NCBI GenBank assembly: GCA_963997415.1
Contig: CAXEMN010000003.1
Span: 804 to 64,803, forward strand
DNA: 64,000 bases
Source: an uncultured Candidatus Poseidoniales archaeon
GTDB lineage: Archaea > Thermoplasmatota > Poseidoniia > Poseidoniales > Poseidoniaceae
Direction: 5' to 3'
In this document: in pieces, positions 1 to 9,254 of the stretch
How the letters are laid out: each line of letters begins with the position of its first letter
Numbering within the stretch: position 1 is the stretch's first letter
Notes under the pieces: generated by a model
What the model was told of the DNA's origin: nothing
Databases searched by the model: none
The model's input: only the letters and a program-made list of their open reading frames with translations
Position numbers and translations under genes: made by a program

Positions 1-1016
1 GGCATTCGAGATGCCAATTTTTGGAAGGCGATTGCAGCTTCAGCCCAAGATTCCAGCCCCAATGCCTCAAACCCTTGCTGAAGCGTAGATTCCAATTCGG
101 GAAGACCGTCTAGGCGAACGCTGAGGGCTTGTGCTGGATGAAGATCAAGAGAAATGACACCCATCGGTTCCATGTCGGTAATTTCGGTAGAATCATGGGC
201 GTACATCGTAGGTTCTGCATCCATGGTGTGAACCACTTCGACGACCTGATCTTCTTCGGAGTAAATTTGCTCCATGTTTGGTGGTGCAGCGTCGATGCGC
301 CACATGGCAGGAACACCGGAATCAAATTCGGTTTCTGAAGCAACGTATTCTGCAGACGCAGATGGTGTCGATTCAACTTGCACAGCATCGATTCGAGGCA
401 TTGGTTCAGGTGCCACTGGCATGGCTTCAAGACGTGGCAATTCACTTGCTTTAGGTTGTGAAGCCAAAGGAGGGGGTTGCGATGCCGCAGGTGGCAAAGG
501 CATGGAATGTGCCGTCTCTGGCTTAGGAAGGTTCGGTGCTTCGAGGGGAAGGGGTTCTGGGACAGAAGCAACATCCGGCTCGGTTTGAACAGGATCGGCA
601 GAGGGTTCAGTTGCAGGTTCAGAATCTGAAGGAGGTTGCTCCGCAAGACCAGATGACTGAGCACTTACCAGCGGGAGTTGCTCCCCTTCTTCGGCTTCAT
701 CAAATGGCATGCCTGCTGCAGAACTACCAATTCCAAATGGTAGTCTAGAGATGTTGGTGTTTGAGGCACCAGAGAAGCCGAACGGAAGGCTCCCTTGAGG
801 TGCAGGCGCAGGCTCAGGTTGTTCGTCGATTTCTTCTTGAGCCTCAATGCCTTCAAGGTCATTCCACGAAGCGACCGCTTCATCGAGTCCTGGGACTTCT
901 GCGGGCAAAGGAGAACCATCATCGTGTTCGGTCAAATCGACTCGAATTTGGCTGCCACATGCTGGACAAGCGTTGCCTCCAAGGGAGAGCAAACCACAAA
1001 TCGTGCATTCAAACAT
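1..1016 (-). CDS. Zn-ribbon / Pro-rich acidic protein, probably continuing into a TPR-like region (3' end outside window)
   Basis: Not in the ORF track because it has no stop in the window. Manual translation from ATG 1016: MFECTICGLLSLGGNACPACGSQIRVDL (two CxxC), a long P/E/A-rich linker, then ...GFEALGLESWAEAAIAFQKLASRMP to the edge. Confidence 0.8.
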   Translation of the reverse strand, partial: MFECTICGLLSLGGNACPACGSQIRVDLTEHDDGSPLPAEVPGLDEAVASWNDLEGIEAQEEIDEQPEPAPAPQGSLPFGFSGASNTNISRLPFGIGSSAAGMPFDEAEEGEQLPLVSAQSSGLAEQPPSDSEPATEPSADPVQTEPDVASVPEPLPLEAPNLPKPETAHSMPLPPAASQPPPLASQPKASELPRLEAMPVAPEPMPRIDAVQVESTPSASAEYVASETEFDSGVPAMWRIDAAPPNMEQIYSEEDQVVEVVHTMDAEPTMYAHDSTEITDMEPMGVISLDLHPAQALSVRLDGLPELESTLQQGFEALGLESWAEAAIAFQKLASRM

Positions 1017-1080
1017 AACGGCCCTCTACCCATTGGTGTGGGCCGTGGCTCTTCAATACAGCGCAAAGAAGCGTAGAGAA

Positions 1081-2811
1081 TCACTCTTCAGAGGTAGCAA
1101 GACCCTTGATTCGATCGACGGCATTCTCTGCCATTTCTGTGAACGCCTCGAGGTCATCATCAACAAGAGAATCTGCGAAACTCTTACCCTTCGAACGTCC
1201 ACGTGCTACCTGCCAGATGATGCCAAACATGGTCACACCGATACAGACCAACTTCCAAACTGTGCCTCCTCCATCAGCGCCGACCACATAGACGAGAACC
1301 ATGTAGAGTGAAACGATCGCCGTTGTCAAGATCATGATTGGGAAACCAGCCTTGAAGAACTCATTGAATGAGATGGGGTAGCCTGCCTCCTCAGACATTC
1401 CAGCAGTGACAACGTTTGCTGAAGCACCAATGAGCGTACCATTACCACCAAGGCAGGCGCCGAAAGCAAGAGCCCAAATCATAGGAGAGAGATCGATTGA
1501 CAATTCGTGCGAAATTTGCATCACCACTGGAATCATGGTTGCGGTGTAGGGAATATTGTCAATGAACGCCGAAGCAATGGCTGAGACCCAGAGGATAATC
1601 AAAACTGCTGCTGCAAGTCGAACCACATCTCCCTCGGCGTCTGTGCCAAAGTATTCAATGCCCTTCGTGACGTAATCGCCGATCACCGAAATAACACCGA
1701 GATGTTGGAGTGCGTGGACAAGAACAAACAGACCTGCAAAGAACAACAGCGTTGTCCATTCGACGTGTTCCAATGGCTTTTCCAACTCATGTCGGTCTGT
1801 GGCCAAGAGCATAATGACGGCCCCAACCAGTGCAATCCATGAGACTGCAATTTCAGTGATGGGGTGGAGGAAGAAATTCAAAACGACCAGGAACAAAATG
1901 CTACCGCTAACTGTGAGCATTTGAGCATCCTTGATGCCGTATTTTGACTCGAGTTCTGCAATATCACGAACACGGCTGCCGGAGAATTCTTCTGCATAGA
2001 ACCACTTGATGAACATGAAACTCGGAACGATGGTCATGAGAATACCCGGTGCCATCTCGATGATGAAATCGTTGAATGTTACACCGGCACCCACAAGGTC
2101 GGGGTAACCGGCCTTTTCAATCGCTGCTGCGGAAAGACCGGAACCAATCATGATGTTTGGTGGATCACCAATCATGGTTGCAGCGCCACCGATGTTCGAA
2201 AAGAGGACCTCTGATATGAGCAGTGGGACAGGTTTCAAGTCCAGCACTTTAGCAAGTTGTATCGTCACTGGAGTTAACAGCAACATTGTTGTGACATTAT
2301 CCAAAAATGCAGACAGGACTGCGGTGACTGAACAAAGAATCACAACAAGGGTCCAGACTGAACCACCGCTGCGCTTGTAGGCCTGAACGGCAAACCATTC
2401 GAACAAACCTGTATGGGAAAGGATGCCAACCATGACCATCATTCCAAGAAGGAGACCAATCGTTTCCCAGTCGATGAGGGTTGTGACCGCACCAAGGCTG
2501 AAGGACACATCGGCGGTATCAGGAGTGTAATATGCAAGGGCCAAGATGGCCAAGAGGCCACCGATGGCAGCTGCGAGAGTCCTGTGTACCACTTCGGTGA
2601 TGATCAGAGCATAGACGCCAAGTAAAATACCAAGACCAACAAGAACCGCTTCGGAATTTTCAATGTCTTGAAAAGCCGCTGCAGATGATGAACCCCCAGC
2701 TGCAAGAGACTGGGATGTAAACATCATCGTTCCAGTAAATGCCAAAAGCCCCAACGCGATGTATTGGGAGGGGTGTCGTCGTCGTGGTCGTAGCAATCCA
2801 GCGGCGCTCAT
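1081..2811 (-). CDS. ArsB/NhaD-family (ion transporter superfamily, P-protein-like) permease
   Basis: Many TM helices; duplicated motifs SAFLDNVTT / SAFIDNIPY, NIGGAATMIGDPPNIMI, GACLGGNGTLIGASANVV. ATG 2811 preferred over GTG 2823. Confidence 0.9.
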   Translation of the reverse strand: MSAAGLLRPRRRHPSQYIALGLLAFTGTMMFTSQSLAAGGSSSAAAFQDIENSEAVLVGLGILLGVYALIITEVVHRTLAAAIGGLLAILALAYYTPDTADVSFSLGAVTTLIDWETIGLLLGMMVMVGILSHTGLFEWFAVQAYKRSGGSVWTLVVILCSVTAVLSAFLDNVTTMLLLTPVTIQLAKVLDLKPVPLLISEVLFSNIGGAATMIGDPPNIMIGSGLSAAAIEKAGYPDLVGAGVTFNDFIIEMAPGILMTIVPSFMFIKWFYAEEFSGSRVRDIAELESKYGIKDAQMLTVSGSILFLVVLNFFLHPITEIAVSWIALVGAVIMLLATDRHELEKPLEHVEWTTLLFFAGLFVLVHALQHLGVISVIGDYVTKGIEYFGTDAEGDVVRLAAAVLIILWVSAIASAFIDNIPYTATMIPVVMQISHELSIDLSPMIWALAFGACLGGNGTLIGASANVVTAGMSEEAGYPISFNEFFKAGFPIMILTTAIVSLYMVLVYVVGADGGGTVWKLVCIGVTMFGIIWQVARGRSKGKSFADSLVDDDLEAFTEMAENAVDRIKGLATSEE

Positions 2812-2862
2812 ACCGAAATCCACCTTAGGGGGATTATTGAGTATTTCCTATGAGTGAATTGG

Positions 2863-3129
2863 TTAACGCCACAGTACGCCAACATTTCCTCGTGCCAAAA
2901 CCAAAGTTGAGTTCGTCTCTTGGGCTAAGTGCGCCCAAACATCATCGATGTCTTTTCGTTCGAACAATCCTCGATTAATTTTGATCTTAACAAGTGTTCT
3001 CTTTGAGAGTTGTCCATCAATCTCTTCGATCAAATTTTCAGTGATGCCGGATTTACCAATACGGATGCTGGGTTGAAATTCCCTTGATTGAGCCTCACGA
3101 CGGATTGAGGCAGGAATGTCTCGACTCAT
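2863..3129 (-). CDS. yhbY: YhbY/CRM-domain RNA-binding protein
   Basis: PSIRIGKSGITENLIEEI...LVKIKI...ARGNVGVLWR; adjacent to Rpp21 as is common in archaea. Confidence 0.88.
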   Translation of the reverse strand: MSRDIPASIRREAQSREFQPSIRIGKSGITENLIEEIDGQLSKRTLVKIKINRGLFERKDIDDVWAHLAQETNSTLVLARGNVGVLWR

Positions 3130-3193
3130 GGGGCTCAACTGGCCCTGCAAGCGATTGTTCAAGAACATGCTCCCGAGTTAAATGATGCACTCT

Positions 3194-3535
3194 TCAAGAA
3201 GAACGGTGTGATTTTGGACCACCACCAAACCTTCGAATGGAAGAACATTCGAGGCAAGTGATGATGCGCTGACCATGTTTGATTCGCACACGTGCGTTTT
3301 TACCGAATTGATACCTCACATGGCATTTACGACACACGAGGTGTCGTGCCTTTCTTGGGATGTGCAAACGATGTTTGCGAGACAATTTGACCAGATGGCG
3401 TGCTGATGTTGCCAACAAGCGATCATCGGTCGTTGAAGGGTGATTCAGAAGATCAATGAGACGCTCTTGGCCTTCTTGCGCCATGGCTCGCCGTTGTTGA
3501 CCCTTTTTTCGTCGGGAACGTTGACGGTTAGCCAC
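3194..3535 (-). CDS. rnp4: Ribonuclease P protein component 4 (Rpp21)
   Basis: Basic protein with VCRKCH...RVRIKHG..IITCLECSSIRRF zinc ribbon; SD GAGGTGG overlaps the adk stop. Confidence 0.85.
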   Translation of the reverse strand: MANRQRSRRKKGQQRRAMAQEGQERLIDLLNHPSTTDDRLLATSARHLVKLSRKHRLHIPRKARHLVCRKCHVRYQFGKNARVRIKHGQRIITCLECSSIRRFGGGPKSHRSS

Positions 3536-3544
3536 ATAACCACC

Positions 3545-4171
3545 TCATTGAAGCGCTGAAAGGATGTCTGCAGTGATGTCATCAATCGCACGGTCGCCAT
3601 TGATGCGGTGAAATATACCTGCTGATTCATACCAGTCTGCAAGAGGTGAGGTTTGGTCATGATACGCCCCTAAGCGAGACAATACCGTGTCTTCATTGTC
3701 ATCTGCGCGGCGCTTTTCTACAAATCGATCACAGCCACAGCCATCTGGCCCCAGTGGATTGAAAATATCGTGGAAGACATTTCCACAGCCAGCGCAGGAG
3801 TACCGCCCACAAATCCGTTCCACAATGCGCTCATCAGGAACCTCAATAGCGATCACATGCGTTACTGCCGTGATGTCTGCAAGCGCTTCAGCTTGCGGAA
3901 TGGTTCGCGGGAATCCATCGAACATGACTCCGTTTTTGGCATCTGGGTGGGTGATTCGTTCCTTGATGAGATCGATGATCACTTCGTCTGGAACCAACTG
4001 CCCAGCATCCATGTATGTCTTGGCAAGAATACCAGTTTCTGTTCCAGCCTTCACTGCAGCACGAAGCATATCACCCGTGGAAATTTGAGGAAGTCCCGTC
4101 TGTTGGGTGATTCGCTCTGCTTGAGTGCCTTTGCCCGCACCAGGGGGTCCAAAGAGAACAATACTGCTCAT
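3545..4171 (-). CDS. adk: Adenylate kinase (bacterial type)
   Basis: P-loop GPPGAGKGT, ISTGDMLR, DGFPRT, RADD motifs. Confidence 0.96.
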   Translation of the reverse strand: MSSIVLFGPPGAGKGTQAERITQQTGLPQISTGDMLRAAVKAGTETGILAKTYMDAGQLVPDEVIIDLIKERITHPDAKNGVMFDGFPRTIPQAEALADITAVTHVIAIEVPDERIVERICGRYSCAGCGNVFHDIFNPLGPDGCGCDRFVEKRRADDNEDTVLSRLGAYHDQTSPLADWYESAGIFHRINGDRAIDDITADILSALQ

Positions 4172-4211
4172 GTACCTTCCAAAGGGTAGTCGGTTTTAGA
4201 CATGCGCCAAA

Positions 4212-7200
4212 CTATTGTCCATTTTGTTGGAGCCATTGATGGCCATAGTGTTGCCATTGCTCCATCGTCCAACCCGCTGGCAGACCTGTAGCTGGCAAAG
4301 GTGGTCCCACGGCTGGCGCTGGTGCTGGTGCGGGTGCTGGTGCGGGTGCTGGTGCGGGTGCGGGCATAGGTGTTGGAAGTGGTAGTTTTGGAAGGGGTTT
4401 GGGTGGCATTCCTGCTGGTGGCAAACCCGCTGGTAGGGCGCCCTTGGGAGGTAGGCCTCGAGGAGGCATGCCTTTGGGCACTGCAGCAGGGGCCGCTGGC
4501 AAATTAAGTGATTGAGCAAGAGCCGCCGCAATTTCATCTTTCGAGACTTCCCCACTTGCTATTTCATTGACTGCATGACCGATGTCAAGCGCTTCGTCGC
4601 GGCGGGTTCCAAGGTGATCAGGATTCACAAATGCATCTGGTGCAACAAGTTCGCTCCCATCATCTTCCAATTCCCCACTGCGCTTCATACGAAGAGCCAG
4701 AACCATTCCGATTGCAATCAATACTCCGATGAGTGGAATCGAAACGTAGAGTGGTAGAACGGCAAACAAACCACCATTGCTGTCCACGGATGAAACGGTG
4801 GTTTCTATTTCAAAAATTCCAATTTCATTCTCGCCGCTGGTCAAGGTGATTTGAGTGTACATGAGACCCTTGCTTGCAGAAGCCTTTGGCGTCACGGTGA
4901 CCTCAACAGTAAGGCTTTCACCAACGCCTAGGTTCTCAATTGAGGCATCGGAAAAAGAGACGCTCCAGTCAGAAGAAGCGTTGCCATCACTGTCGACAAC
5001 CGAAGCACCAAGGGTGCCATCGATCGGTAGATTGCCATCGTTACGAACGACGATTGATTGAGTTGCACCCTCTTCCTTGCCGATGCTTCTGTATGGGCGA
5101 ATCGTGTCGTCTGCAACAGTCAAGTTGGCAAATTCGGAGGGAAGAACAGCAATATCAACTCGTACAGAAGACTCGACAAGACGGCCATTATTTCCACCAG
5201 TTACCGTGATGAGTAAATCAAAGGCCTTATCCTCAGCAGGTGCATTTGCAGGGGGAATGAGACCAAACCGAATCGTCTTTTCTTCCCGTGGCTCAAGGTA
5301 AGTGACTGGATTGGCGAAACCAACGGTCCAGCCATCTGGGGCGAGTCCATTGGACCAGGCCAGAGTAAGCGGTGCATTTCCAGTGTTGGTGACGTTGAAG
5401 TTGCCATAACTAAAGGTCGAGCCAATGACGGTTTCAATCATGTTGTCCTCAGGCCCCTCAAGCGCAACAGCAAGTTCATCCTTCACCTTAAGCACTGTAG
5501 TGTTGGAGATGAAGACCTGAGCTGTAAATTCTGTACGGATGACAAAACTGTTGGCCTCACCTTCCTCAGCGACGCTGGGGACGCCAAAGAGGAAGTTCAC
5601 AGAAATCGAGACACCAGGTGCAATTTCGATCGTAACTTGTCGAGCATCGGTTTGCCCATCCACGGTTACTTCGATTGGCCATGTTGGGTTCGAAGGTTGA
5701 ACCTTCACCAGGAGTTCAAGGTCAGTGTTCCCTGTGTTTTCAACAGTGAGGTTCATGCTGACCTGTTCGCCGCTGTCCACGAGGACTTCTCGATTCGATG
5801 AAGAAGGCCCAATAGCCCCAAGATCATCATACAGATCAGCATCAAATGATTGTTGAGGCAGAACTGTGATGGTCGCTGACTCACTGAAGTTCATGGAAGC
5901 ATCGGTGCCAGAGGTCACATAGCAGGTCACAGTATCTGTCGACCCAGTGAGCGGCACGCCATTCACCACTGGTGGCACAAAGAGGTCAATCTTAATCGCA
6001 CGGTATTCAAGAATGCCAATGGCTTCAATTTCTAAGGTTGAGGAATTGGTATCCTTAAGCATAATCTGCCATCGGTTTTCCGATTCGCAACTGATCGAAT
6101 ACTGAGCAGGAGAATTCCCTATGTTGGCAACTGAGATTCTAAATCCGGCTGAGTCGCCAGGCTCTGCCTCCAAACCTTCAGTACCAAGAGGCGTGATGAG
6201 GACTTCATCCAGTTGTTCGATGACGAAGGTCATTCGCTGCGTATGGGCCACAGTAGGGTTGTCTTGGTACCTCGCAGTCACATCAACGACGAATGTGCCT
6301 GCGCGAGCGTATCGCGGCGAGGAGGGGTCGTCGAGGTTGGCGTCTTCGTCTTCAAGGTGGATGGTGAGCAATTGGAAATCACCTGCTTCGCCTTGCCCTT
6401 GAACAGTGTAGGGTCCTAATTGTGAGACGCTCTTTGACCATGTATCGACTGGTGAAAGCAGGAAATCTGGTCGCCCCGGTTGTGGAACTTGAACATTGGT
6501 TACGCTCAGTGTTACGTTCTTCTCGCCAGTGCCTTCATGAAGAATATGAATTGGAATATCGATACCAGTTTGATTTCGAACGTCAAATGTACGCAGGGCT
6601 GCAGCTTCTCTGTCTTCTGCTGTGATTGGAACGGTACCATCACTATTGAGCGCAACAACACGAACGCCAAGAGCTGTGACCTCGATATCTTGCTCCCAGA
6701 TGTTATTGTCAACACCAGTGGTTCCATCATTCATTTCTGCCACTTGATCATTGGTATCTACCCGCAACCTCATGCTGTGAGTGCCGGTGGTCAAAAACTG
6801 ATGTTGAATCAATAATGAATCAATTGTACCTGCTGCCAAACCTGGTCGGTCGCCTTCAAAGAGTGTCTCGCCTGAAGTTAAGTCTTCGAAAATCACTCGG
6901 AAGGTGCTTGTTGCTAGTGTCCCTTGGTTGATCCATCCTATGCGAATGGCGATCAAGTCATTGCGAAGTGGTTCAGGGGACGAAGGGATGATGCTACCGT
7001 CATACAAGGCCAAATCGGCTTGAGGGTTTGGTGTTGCATCAGCTGTGACGACGAGTCCGAAATCTTGAGTCGTACCGCCGCGGTGAAGCACTTTCACCAA
7101 CCATTGTCCGGTTTGTGTCAGGCTGCCAGGGGCGATTTTGATTCGTTCTACGTTGTTGATGGCATCCGACGACTGACCGCTCGAGGTGAACCCATTTGCG

Positions 7201-9179
7201 AAATTATTGCCGTACCACTCATTGCCTGATGGGTCGACAAGCACCAAATCAAGATTATTTACGAGCCTCGAATCACTCTGCGCAGCATTGGCAGAACCTG
7301 CAACATCAGACCAGACGAGGGTGATGTCAACGCCATGACTCGCATCCATCTCGAACGCGTAAAGCAGACCAAATCCTGCATCCAGTGGCGTGTTGTCATC
7401 CATGAAAGTGGTAAGTGCACTTGTGCTTGGCGAGGATGGATCCCAGACTGGAAGAACCGTGCGTTCAAGGTCGACTTGCCCCCAACCTTCAGCATCGTTT
7501 GGTATATCTGCAGCCCCGAGGTCTCTGGCGCCATTGATCATGGCTGCTTTGACGAGGGAGCCTGATGGTGAGTTGATTCCAACTTCTTCACGTATGAATT
7601 CTCGAGTGAGCGCAGCGACTCCCCCTGCGATGGCTGTGGCTTGAGAAGTACCAGAAAGCGAGGTGTAGACATCATCTCCATTGGCATGGGTTTCACTTGC
7701 ACATGCCGTCCCAGGCGATGTTTTTGCTTCTTCAGCTCGACCTGAACACAGGTCGACCCCAGGAGCCACTAAATCTGGCTTGATTCGACCATCAAGGCTC
7801 GGGCCGTTGCTGGAAAAAGAAGCCACGGTATCGAGGGTTGTACCCGTACCAGAGGCACCGATAGCGAGCACGTTCTTGGCCGTGCTCGGTGGCGTGATTT
7901 GTGAAGCACCTTGGGCTCCACGATCGCCAACCGAGAACAGTGGTAGCATTGCAGGCTTGTCATGCACGAGGATGTCAACCGAACGTGAGTCAGCAGAGTA
8001 TTGCCCATAGTTTCCATTTGCACCCCATGCATTGATGGCAACTCGAGCCGTCATTTGTTCTGCATCTCTAAGCAAATCGTAAATTGAACCAATTCGGCCA
8101 AAGACTCCAGTCGGGTCGTGTTCTAGAGCATACATGACAAGGTCGGCACTCGGCGCCATACCGGTCGAACTCGCGTTGCTTTGGCCACTACCAAGGGCAG
8201 AAACGGCAATATGAGTCCCGTGACCGGTGTTGGAATCAGCTGGCGATGAATCGAGTCCATATTGTGTGTAAACGCCTGCCACCCTACCAGATAAATCGGG
8301 ATGATCTTGATCCAACCCGGTGTCAGCAATCGCAATCATCTCACCGGAACCATCGAGTGTGAAGGTGGCGTTGTTCCCAACATTCAAAACACCTGAAGCA
8401 GCTGCTGCCGCAGCGTTATGAAGTGAAAATTCCACTGTTGGCTCAATCCAAATGATTCGCCCATCACTGGCTGCTGAGGCAATAAATGATGGTGCAAATT
8501 GTGCTGGGAGTTCGACTTCACACACACCAACGCCACACCAAGCATTGTGGGCGCCCATGCGGATGAGGTCAAGGCTGAGAGATTCAAATCCACCATAGGC
8601 CAAGTCTGCGGCTGGCACTAAAGCAAGACGTTCAATGGCGGGATCGAACAGCAGCGTAGAGTCAATTCGCCAGCCAGGGTGTTGGGCTCCAATCCAACGA
8701 ACATCATCGTCGGCATACAATTGACGGATCGACTCAGTTGGCGGGTCGGCCAAACGAACCAACCATGCTTCATCTCCGATGAAATCAATGGGGGTGAAGG
8801 AATGGCGTTCGACCAGTTGTTCCAACATCACGCCATCATGGGCATGGAGTTGTACAATAGCCAGCCCTGTCTTGACAAAATCATTCGAATCATAGAGGCC
8901 TACTGCTGGCAGTGGATGGTCGTCTGCAAGTGGATCGAAACTACCGATGTTCATCCTGAGGATGCCGGTTGATGGTTGGAGGGGAACTTGAATCAATTCC
9001 TCTGGACTGAGGACATGCCACATTGAGGCTGCGAGGGCGAGACGTTGCTCCTCAGTCATGATGGCATCATCAGAGGGTGTACCAGATTCAACAGGCATTG
9101 AACTGACCGTCAGCATTGGTGAAAGCGAGGTAAACACCAACAGAACAAGCATGAAAAGCGGTCGGCGTAGTGCTTGCAT
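4212..9179 (-). CDS. Large membrane-anchored S8 (subtilisin, KP-43-like) serine peptidase with CARDB / Ig-like (NEW3-type) repeats
   Basis: Signal peptide; triad motifs IADTG, GHGTH, SGTSQA; GRIKPDLVAPG; LVNNLDL..NNVE beta domain; repeated NxGN Ig-like units; C-terminal TM helix followed by a Pro-rich tail. Confidence 0.9.
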   Translation of the reverse strand: MQALRRPLFMLVLLVFTSLSPMLTVSSMPVESGTPSDDAIMTEEQRLALAASMWHVLSPEELIQVPLQPSTGILRMNIGSFDPLADDHPLPAVGLYDSNDFVKTGLAIVQLHAHDGVMLEQLVERHSFTPIDFIGDEAWLVRLADPPTESIRQLYADDDVRWIGAQHPGWRIDSTLLFDPAIERLALVPAADLAYGGFESLSLDLIRMGAHNAWCGVGVCEVELPAQFAPSFIASAASDGRIIWIEPTVEFSLHNAAAAAASGVLNVGNNATFTLDGSGEMIAIADTGLDQDHPDLSGRVAGVYTQYGLDSSPADSNTGHGTHIAVSALGSGQSNASSTGMAPSADLVMYALEHDPTGVFGRIGSIYDLLRDAEQMTARVAINAWGANGNYGQYSADSRSVDILVHDKPAMLPLFSVGDRGAQGASQITPPSTAKNVLAIGASGTGTTLDTVASFSSNGPSLDGRIKPDLVAPGVDLCSGRAEEAKTSPGTACASETHANGDDVYTSLSGTSQATAIAGGVAALTREFIREEVGINSPSGSLVKAAMINGARDLGAADIPNDAEGWGQVDLERTVLPVWDPSSPSTSALTTFMDDNTPLDAGFGLLYAFEMDASHGVDITLVWSDVAGSANAAQSDSRLVNNLDLVLVDPSGNEWYGNNFANGFTSSGQSSDAINNVERIKIAPGSLTQTGQWLVKVLHRGGTTQDFGLVVTADATPNPQADLALYDGSIIPSSPEPLRNDLIAIRIGWINQGTLATSTFRVIFEDLTSGETLFEGDRPGLAAGTIDSLLIQHQFLTTGTHSMRLRVDTNDQVAEMNDGTTGVDNNIWEQDIEVTALGVRVVALNSDGTVPITAEDREAAALRTFDVRNQTGIDIPIHILHEGTGEKNVTLSVTNVQVPQPGRPDFLLSPVDTWSKSVSQLGPYTVQGQGEAGDFQLLTIHLEDEDANLDDPSSPRYARAGTFVVDVTARYQDNPTVAHTQRMTFVIEQLDEVLITPLGTEGLEAEPGDSAGFRISVANIGNSPAQYSISCESENRWQIMLKDTNSSTLEIEAIGILEYRAIKIDLFVPPVVNGVPLTGSTDTVTCYVTSGTDASMNFSESATITVLPQQSFDADLYDDLGAIGPSSSNREVLVDSGEQVSMNLTVENTGNTDLELLVKVQPSNPTWPIEVTVDGQTDARQVTIEIAPGVSISVNFLFGVPSVAEEGEANSFVIRTEFTAQVFISNTTVLKVKDELAVALEGPEDNMIETVIGSTFSYGNFNVTNTGNAPLTLAWSNGLAPDGWTVGFANPVTYLEPREEKTIRFGLIPPANAPAEDKAFDLLITVTGGNNGRLVESSVRVDIAVLPSEFANLTVADDTIRPYRSIGKEEGATQSIVVRNDGNLPIDGTLGASVVDSDGNASSDWSVSFSDASIENLGVGESLTVEVTVTPKASASKGLMYTQITLTSGENEIGIFEIETTVSSVDSNGGLFAVLPLYVSIPLIGVLIAIGMVLALRMKRSGELEDDGSELVAPDAFVNPDHLGTRRDEALDIGHAVNEIASGEVSKDEIAAALAQSLNLPAAPAAVPKGMPPRGLPPKGALPAGLPPAGMPPKPLPKLPLPTPMPAPAPAPAPAPAPAPAPAVGPPLPATGLPAGWTMEQWQHYGHQWLQQNGQ
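4321..4362. repeat. Coding tandem repeat (GGTGCTGGTGCG)x3 plus a partial copy, encoding a (PA)n linker
   Basis: Three exact 12-mers at 4321, 4333 and 4345; translate to PAPAPAPA in the S8 protease tail. Confidence 0.9.
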
Positions 9180-9254
9180 ACGATAGCGACTTGTGGGACC
9201 TTTTTGAAAACGCCCCTTGATTGTGCCCCTACGGGGCACGACCGATTGCTCTGC

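Noticed and set aside
4312-4366. Short tandem repeat as a possible CRISPR array or non-coding VNTR
   Set aside because: No spacers; it simply encodes the (PA)n linker of the protease.
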